Below, in pieces: positions 55,775 through 64,000 of a stretch of 64,000 nucleotides of DNA. Origin of the DNA: Octopus sinensis. Taxonomy: Eukaryota. The position numbers and the translations under genes were made by a program. Position 1 is the first letter of the stretch, and each line of letters starts with the position of its first letter. Location: assembly GCF_006345805.1 (NCBI RefSeq), contig NW_021833051.1, positions 1 through 64,000 on the forward strand, given 5' to 3'. Below the pieces are notes generated by a model. It ran no database searches and was not told the origin of the DNA. It was given only the letters and a program-made list of their open reading frames with translations.

Positions 55775-57029
55775 CTTAGATGGAGTCGCTGCTATAATCG
55801 GTTTTCCAACGGCTTTTCGTTTTTTCTTTTTCGGAAGCGTCTCAGCGGTGGTCTTACGAAGCTCCTTCCGGAATTCCTCATGAGAAGTGCGTGAGGTTGG
55901 CCATGTCTCAATCTCGTGTGTGCTGGTACATCCGTAGCGCTGTTTCTAAGTTATGTATTATGCGTGCAGCTTCCTTTTTTTCCCCTTCTTTTTTCCTCTC
56001 GTCTCTCTCATTTTTGTTATAAACAATACCTGAGCCTGTTATCAAAAATGAACCTACACGCATCCAGATGTAACTAAATAATATATTGATTACCAGCCTC
56101 CAGCCTGTTGTTAATTTGGGGCCCTAGTCTGTGTATGAGTATAGCTTCCTGAATTCTTAAACTACCCAATATGTATATATTCTTAGATAAATGCATGGCA
56201 AAGCATAAATAAAAAAAACTTATATATACATTCTCGCTATGTGCATATTTACTCACAAAAGATATAGATCCACATACATATGTTCACACTTAAACGTACG
56301 TATTTACAAGCAAATACATCAGTTCGCTGTTGCTATAAAGTATATTATCGATTCTATGCTTAAACACACAAGCATACATACACGTAGACGTACACCAGAA
56401 GATAATTAAATGTAATGGTAGACAGAAGGAACATTGATGCTTAAAAAGCTAAAATGAGACACGTGCAGAAAAGTTATACGCATAGTTACAAACGCATAAA
56501 TACAAAAATAAACGGAAAAAAGAAAATAAAGACGCAAAAATATACACCCACACATATACGTGTGTTTACAACTCGTTTGCTCGTATAGAAAGAAGAAACA
56601 TGAAAACATGTATTTAGAAGGAGTTAAGATAAAACAGGAAACAGCAATCTCCCGCAAGTATGCACGATTTGTGAAAAAATGATTATGGTAGACTCCTATA
56701 CACGGGTACCAAAACCTGTACGTGGATAAAAAAGATATAAAGTAGCATGATATAACATGATATCCTTGGGAATATGGGAAGAATGCTATGCTTAATCAGA
56801 TTCCCATGAAGTAGTAACATACAAAATTATTGTAGAATCCGATGGTTTGTATATACGTTAGTAAAACTAGGTGAAGTGTCTACTTGGTAATATTATTATT
56901 ATACTAGATAAAGCTAAATAGATATAGTGCAGACCTAGAGGCAAGGGAAAACGAGGTTCGTTAAGAAACGTTCATTGAATACAAATTCAGAGGGAGCAAC
57001 TAGTAATTTCTTATGGGAGTTTTTTTTGC

Positions 57030-57400
57030 AGAGGCGGAAGGTATTGCGCAATCTATGTTTATATCTTATAATTGGTTCGTCCAAGCGATTAATAATGTTA
57101 TCCTTAGTATTAATAATTATCTTAATTTCTTCAATACATAACGAGCACTTATTACAACCAATGTCGGATATCGCACGTTGAACGATCGACCATTTGGTAT
57201 CGTAATCTACTAAACCCTTCTTTAATTTCTAAATCAATTTAGATAAAGGTGCGCTACCAGCCTTAGCTTCGGATAGAAATGTTATATTATGATTAAGTAT
57301 TTGAGACTTAAGCCATTGCAAGAAGCACATATATAAACTCATCTAAGCTTGATTTATAGTTACTACACATTGATAAACAATGTGGTTTAGTTATTAGACG
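57030..57400 (-). mobile_element. Penelope-like element ORF C-terminus
   Basis: LSKLI*KLKKG...KWSIVQRA...CNKCSLCIEE...IINRLDE...KHR. Confidence 0.65.
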
Positions 57401-57529
57401 CATATTATCAAATGGAGAGGGAAGAGGGACATTTATAGTTAATTGCGGGCCCACGTGGGGTGTAGTTCAGGTTTTTGTGCTCAGATCCGTCATTGATTTT
57501 ACTAAAAAAACTGAAACATTGTCGTTTGA

Positions 57530-57842
57530 GGATGTTGAACGAAACACCCATGTTTTTAGAGGTGAATTATTCAAATCCCAAAGAATTCCTCTCAACACAC
57601 ATATGACTACGATGCTTCTCCACTACTTTTGCTCGTGATCAGAGATGCACATATTGCCAGCCATTAAGGGATATGTACAACTAGTTAAGGTCAAACAACT
57701 GATAAGTAAATCTGTGATATTGAGCAGAATATTTGCTGTAGCCCATCTTTTATACCAAGACAAAACAATGTACAAGATAACACTTCCAATCAGTTAAGAA
57801 CAGAAGCCATGAGAGCCACTGCCTGGTACTGAATCAGGGCAT
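57530..57842 (+). mobile_element. Element X, copy 3 (5'-truncated)
   Basis: Retains the ...GGTACTGAATCAGGGCA end followed by TTA-rich repeats. Confidence 0.8.
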
Positions 57843-57957
57843 TTTTTATTATCATTATTATTATCTTTTATCCTTTCATTATTATATGTAAACCCCCACA
57901 CTTTATGTCTGTCTCTGTATTGTCCTCCTCATCCTTCGCGCTTGTGGCAAATAAATG

Positions 57958-57994
<37 letters not shown>

Positions 57995-58019
57995 TGTTAT
58001 TTTCATTATTATCTTCTTT

Positions 58020-59440
58020 CAATTCTGTTTCCATTTCTTGCCGAGTGTCTTACTGATACCTAGGGCAGAGAAACGCACTGTACACATTGGCAGGTCATTG
58101 AAATAAACACACCAAATTGTTCATTTGTAAAGTCATGTGGTAGAGAAAAATGGGAAGACAGAGAGAAAAGGAAAAGTAAAAAGTAAACAAATTAAACGGC
58201 GGTGCATCAGCATGGCCACAGCTCTGAGCTGAAACTAGCAAAAAAAGAAAAAGAATAAAGGGACGGGGAAAAAGGAAATGCTCTTCTCATCTTCTCAATA
58301 CGTGTGACAATACAGTTAAGACAATCTTTTGCCCTTCCTGTATGGATGGTAAGCCAGGAATCTATCTTAAATAATTTTCAGTTCCTTTTATGATCATTCC
58401 AGGTTCTCCTACAATCACTGGTATTGTAACCGTCTTGAGATACCACATCTTTTTGATTTCAATGAGCAACTTTTTATATTTTCTGAGTTTATCAAATTCC
58501 TTTGACGAGATATTATGGTCACAGGGTATGCTCATGTCAATCAATAAACAGACTTTATTGTTTCGATCTTTCACAACAATATCTGGTTTGTTTGCCTTGA
58601 TAGTCCGGTGTGTACATACTGGGAAGTTCCAAGGAACAGTTACAGCCCCAGGGTGGTGCTTTTACCATTTGTCAGCAGTTTTGATTTTATAACGCCGACA
58701 CATTATCCAGTGTAGATATTGGCCAACTCTGTTATGTCTTGATTTGTACTCTACAGGTGCTAAAACCTTACATTCAGAGATTAGGTGGCCCACTGTTTCT
58801 ATCCCATCGTTGCATCGTTATCAACGATGCATCGTTATCAACACTTTGAGTCTATACCATTTTTCTATACCATTTTTCATCACATTGGTGAATAAGCTCT
58901 AATCTTGGGCAGCCAAAATAAAGCCTTCACTCTCTGCCTTTAGCCCTGAGCTCCGTAGCCACTGATGGGTGTGCTTCTGATCCGCATCAGCTTGCTTGCT
59001 ACGGGCCACATATTTGCCATGCAGAGGTTTTTGTTCCCACCTATCAGCCAATTGTTCAAACGCATTTTGCTTTGCTATTGATTTCACCTTCGCAACTACA
59101 GTTGCTTCACTTCCATTACTCAGTTGAAAATATTTTGCTCTCCTTTATAACAGAATGTAGCATCTTGTGTCTTTCATGGTTTCCAACGAGCTTTAGCATC
59201 CAGTCGTTAGATGCTTCAAGATATTTTGCCAGTCCAATTGTGATGGTTTTGTAGATTTCAAATTGCATCAAGCCTCGACCTCCTTGAGCTCAGGGTAGGT
59301 AAAGACGATCTGCGTCTGCCTTTGAGTGGTGCATCTTATTGCAAATCAGCAGCTTATGGATTTTCCTGTCAGTCTTCCTTATTTCGCTCATATTCCAGTT
59401 CAACACATTAGAACTGTAAAGAACAACCGGAACTGCTAAG
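58020..59440 (-). mobile_element. Dong/R4-clade LINE fragment (family A)
   Basis: DRLYLP*AQGGRGL, WEQKPLHGKY, LKAESEGFILAAQD, ANKPDIVVKDRNNKVCLLIDMSIPCD...EFDKLRKY. Confidence 0.9.
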
Positions 59441-60078
59441 GAAAACTCACAGCTTATTTTGCTGGGTATGAAGGAAAGTATCAGTTGTCCACAACCAGCA
59501 GACTAAGGTTTACTGGACATGCTTCAAGAATCCTGCGAAGAATTCTTGCAATTCCAAGCAATGCTGATTTTTGTAGGTGTTCTACCTTCATACTTGCACC
59601 AATCCTTTTCAGTCATGCTGGTAGTTGAGTGCTGACACTTCCAAGTGCACCAATCACTAGTGGCATCAACGTCTACTCTCTTCATTAATCCCAACCTTCG
59701 TATTTCTCACTTCAAATCGTCATAGTTGTTCATTTTGTCTTCTTTTTTCACATTGATCCTGTTGTCACCGGGGAATGCTATGTCGATTATTATTTAATTT
59801 TTTTCTTTTTTATTCGCCACAACAATGTCTGGTTTCCAATGTCTGGTCATTACATCCCACAGGATTTTGCAATTCTCATTTTCAGGGACTCCTTCTGGGA
59901 TTTTCTCATACTACGTCTTTGCTCTTTGTATGCCATGATTTCCACAGAGCTTCCAATGGATCATTCTTGCCACATTGTCTTGGCGTCGTTTGTATTTGTG
60001 TTGTGCCAATTTCGGGCATTCGCTAACGATGTGCCATACAGTTTCACTCCTCTCACCACACATTCTGTATTTGTCACT
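59441..60078 (-). mobile_element. Dong/R4-clade LINE fragment (family B) preceded by (AAT)n
   Basis: CGERSETVWHIVSECPKLAQ..Y.RRQDNVARMIHW, KPDIVV...IDIAFPGD, LVIGALG, LLGIARILRR. Confidence 0.88.
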
Positions 60079-60080
60079 AA

Positions 60081-60167
<87 letters not shown>

Positions 60168-60174
60168 TTTAACA

Positions 60175-60310
60175 TTTTCTTTCAATTCTGTTTCCATTTC
60201 TTGCCGAGTGGCTTCCTGACACCTAGGGCAGAGAAACGTACTCTATACATTGGTAGGCCATTACAATGAACGCACCAGATTGTTCATTTACAAAGTCATG
60301 TTATAGGGGA

Positions 60311-60346
<36 letters not shown>

Positions 60347-60660
60347 GAGAAAAAAATTAAAAGTAAACAAATAAAATAAGGGGTGAAAAAGGAAAGAAAA
60401 TTCACACCGACACTGCTCTTCTCAATACAGTTAAGACAATCTTTTGCACTTCCTGCATGGATGGTAAGCCAGGGATCATTCTTAAATAATTTTCAGTTCC
60501 TTTTTTGGTCATTCCAACTGCTCCTGCAATCACTGGTATTGTAACCGTCTTGAGATGCCACATCTTTTCGATTTCGATTAGCAGATATTTATATCTTCTG
60601 AGTTTATCAAATTCTTTTGCCGAGACATTATGGTTACAGCTTATCAAATTCTTTTGCCCT
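60175..60660 (-). mobile_element. Dong/R4 family A 3' end, copy 2
   Basis: KEFDKLRRYKYLLIEIEKMWHLKTVTIPVIAGAVG; 3' UTR matches 58020-58160; runs into (AAT)n. Confidence 0.88.
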
Positions 60661-60744
60661 AGATATTATGGGCATGATATCTCGGCAAAAGAATTTGATA
60701 AGCTGTGACCATTATTATTATTACTATTATTTTGATTAGCATGT

Positions 60745-61178
60745 TGTTTCAATTCGGTTGCCATTTTTGCCGAGAGTCTTCCTGACACCTAGGGCAGAGA
60801 AACGTACTGCATACATTGGTAGGTTATTAAAATAAATACGCCAGATTCTTCATTTACAAAGTCATATGACAGAGATAATGGGGAAGACAAAGAGAAAAAT
60901 AAAAAAATTAAAAATAAACAGGCGTGACTGTGTGGTAAGAAACTTGCTTCCCAATCACATGATTCCGGGTACAGTTCCACTACGGGGCACCTTGAAAAGG
61001 TGTCTTCTGCTACAGCCTCAGACCGACCAAAGCTTTGTGAAAGGATTTGGTAGACAGAAACTGAAAGAAGCCCGCCGTATACATACATACATATATATAT
61101 ACATATACATACATACATACATATATATATTTACATATACATACATACATACATACATAAATACATACATACACACAC

Positions 61179-61209
<31 letters not shown>

Positions 61210-61448
61210 TAATAATAATAAATATTAGGGAATAAATCCAAATTTACAGGGAAAAATCAGATTTAGGATTGAATCCAATTTTATAGTAAAATATATATTA
61301 TATTAAATTAGAGACAAAACCACTATTATGCAAATCAAACAAAGAAAGACTTAAGCCATACATAAAATAATTTATATAAATTATTTTATGTATTGGCTTA
61401 AGTCTTTCTTTGTTTGATTTGCATAATAGTGGTTTTGTCTCTAATTTA

Positions 61449-61500
<52 letters not shown>

Positions 61501-61501
61501 G

Positions 61502-61560
<59 letters not shown>

Positions 61561-61875
61561 CATGTATATGTTTATGTGTCTGTGTTTGTTCCTCACCGTC
61601 GCTTGACAAACCGATGTTGGTGTGTTTATGTTTCTGTAACTTAGCGGTTCGGCAAAAGAGATCGATAAAAAAAGTACTAGGCTTACAAAGAATAAATCCT
61701 AGAGTCGATTCGTTCGGCTAAAAGTGGTGCTCCAGCATGGCCGCAGTCTAATGACTGAAACAAGTAAAAAAATAAATAAAATAAAATAAAGTTAAGACAA
61801 TCTTTTGCAATTCCTGCATGGATGGTAAGCCAAAGACCATTCTTAAATACTTTTCAGTTACTTTTTGGTCAGTCT
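60745..61875 (-). mobile_element. Dong/R4 family A 3' end, copy 3, interrupted by SINE A (60921-61790)
   Basis: UTR at 60745-60900 and ORF end at 61790-61875 match copies 1 and 2. Confidence 0.8.
61292..61460. repeat. Zero-spacer palindrome, arms about 84 bp, centre 61375/61376
   Basis: Arms are exact reverse complements apart from a 1-nt indel; flanked by (TA)n inside the SINE A middle. Confidence 0.95.
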
Positions 61876-61879
61876 AAGT

Positions 61880-63820
61880 TTGGCTGTTTTATTTTCTGAA
61901 CCCCTTTTGGTGTGCAGAAGAGGTTCTTCCCCCTTTTAGGGGCGAATTTTTGACGTTTTGGTCCTTTAAAAATATTTTTTGTTTTTCGTCGTACGAAAAA
62001 CAAGATGGCTTCTTCTGGCGAGGGGAGTGGCAGTGGCTGTTCTGACAGCTAGTATAGCTAAGATTTTCCCCCTCTGAACAGCACAAATAATAGTACCGAC
62101 ACCACAAATAACAGCACCAGCACCACCATTAACATGGAAAAAGAAAAAAGAAACAGTCAAGGAAATACCGCCAACACCGACATGAACACAGACAACACGA
62201 ATGAAAAGAAAAGTCGAACAGGAACAACAACGACAAACCAAGCGGCAACGGTTTCGCCTCGGCGGCGAAATAAACTAGGGAGTTAATTCATTTAACTATT
62301 GACGACTTAAAAAATGTAAAGGGGTTGTTAAGGAAGGAAGAGAATAATGTCTTCTTTAACACCCCAAAAGAACTAATAATAGAAACACTGAAAAAAAAAA
62401 CCCCCAAAAAAAAACGTAATATACAGGGCATTAAATAATCTTTTCTACTCTAGGCACAAGGTCCGAAATTTTTAGGGAAGAGGCCAGTCGATTAGATCGA
62501 CCACAGTATGCAACTGGTGCTTAATTTATCGACTTCGAAAAGATAAAGGGTAAAGACGACCTCGGCGGAATTTGAACTCAGAACGTAAAGACAAACGAAA
62601 TACCGCTAAAAAAAAAAAGAGTGGAACGAGCAACTCAACAGCAATTGGAAATTGCGTTAAAACCACAACCACCGACACCACCAGCAAAACCAAGAGCCAG
62701 AGAAAGTCCCCCTTCTCGACCAAAACAACCCGGACTGTTCAAGTACTGAGGTCGAGAGGAGTAGCAAACAGTTCTCCACCAAAAAGAAGAAAAAAAGGAC
62801 AGTAGAAGAAAAGAGGGGGAAGTACAAATGGGAGGAACTTCCCAACAGCAGCACCAAGCACACACAGCAACCAACAACAACGCCACCTCCACCAGCACTA
62901 CCACCTCAAACACCAACACAGTGAACAACACAAACAGACTGCACAAACACCACCAACGTCACAATATACACCTTGTTACATACATTAAAGACACTACAAT
63001 GGAAGACTTTGTCTTCCAGACACACAATGCACCACCACTCGGGGAAACATTGGGCGTCGATGAAAATCAACTAACCGATCTGTTTGGGAAAAATCCCTTT
63101 CCTGGCAGTGTTACCGTGGAACGCTGCCTGTTCGAGATAAACTTTACAGGCACAGAAGTACCGCCAGCCGGGCCTGCCTGAAGTGCGCCCAGAACGATGA
63201 AACCGTCCTTCACGCCCTAGTCCAGTGCCCGAGTATTGCTGACCCGTGGGTTCATGCGGAACACCTGCATTCGCGTGTAAGACGGATCCTGCTATCAGCT
63301 GAATGCATTATGAAGATTGCCCCATCGCCCTTCTTTTAGCCAGGAGGGGCAGGCAATTTTTATTTGTCTAGTAGCTGTAGCGAAAGAGGTAGAACAGTGG
63401 ACCCGTTTGAAAGGGCTAAGGACAAACTCTTTCCTCTTTGGCCAAGCCCTCATCAACTTTTTCACTTGAAAAGGATGTTGAGGGTGGAGAGGAAAGTGTT
63501 GTCCTGTAGCAAGTTTGTTGAAAGTGGGTGAATGTTGGAAGAATGGCCAGTGTGAAAGGACCAATTCTGAGCGTGCACCTGTAAAAAGAGAATTAAAGAA
63601 GGGCTCTTGCCATGTTGATCAGGCATCCGTGGCTTTTGTGGGTTTTTCTACGAAGACCTTAAAGCGCCACCCTATGGGGAGTTTTAATTAAATTTTAATT
63701 GTTATTTATATTGATTACACACAGTAAAACCCATTCTATTGTCCTGTTTTTGTCTTTCATATTGTTGCGTATCATTTAAGGTTATTTTATATGAGCCCTC
63801 GTGGCTAATAAATTAATGAA
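61880..63820 (+). mobile_element. Internally deleted Tx1-like LINE (5' UTR, ORF1 pieces, ORF2 zinc-finger end, 3' UTR, (TTA)n)
   Basis: ATG at 62005 with an S/T/N-rich ORF1-like frame; KSLSWQCYRGTLPVRDKLYRH...CLKCAQNDETVLHALVQCPSIADPW (zf-RVT); SINE B inserted at 62440-62608. Confidence 0.8.
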
Positions 63821-63832
63821 TTATTATTATCA

Positions 63833-63888
<56 letters not shown>

Positions 63889-64000
63889 GCAAGTGAGACA
63901 AAATGCTTAGCGGTATTTCGTTTTGAGTTCTGAGTTCAAATTCTGCCGTTTTCAACTTTGCCTTTAATCCTGTACCAGTTAAACACTGCGGTCGATGTAA

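Overview
AT-rich, microsatellite-dense animal genomic DNA with no confidently identifiable intact protein-coding gene. The SINE types and the (TA)n/(ACAT)n/(CTAT)n/(AAT)n density suggest an octopus (inferred, not verified). Almost all long ORFs in the supplied track are microsatellite translation artefacts. The window is mostly transposable-element debris: four modular tRNA-derived SINE types (labelled A-D here), non-LTR retrotransposon fragments (CR1/L2-like, RTE, Tx1-like L1, Dong/R4 and other restriction-like-endonuclease (RLE) types), Penelope-like element (PLE) remnants, non-autonomous Helitrons and MITE/foldback elements. Best leads: (1) several minimal type I hammerhead ribozyme motifs with non-canonical cores (U4C twice, U3-A8, extra A after A9), tied to PLE-like or (TA)n-embedded elements; (2) two SINE-LINE pairs sharing 3' tails, one with a Tx1-like element and one with a CR1/L2-like element showing compensatory stem changes; (3) repeated fold-back palindromes, several at element 5' junctions; (4) microsatellite arrays acting as landing pads for stacked retroelements; (5) two phase-compatible candidate minus-strand exons.
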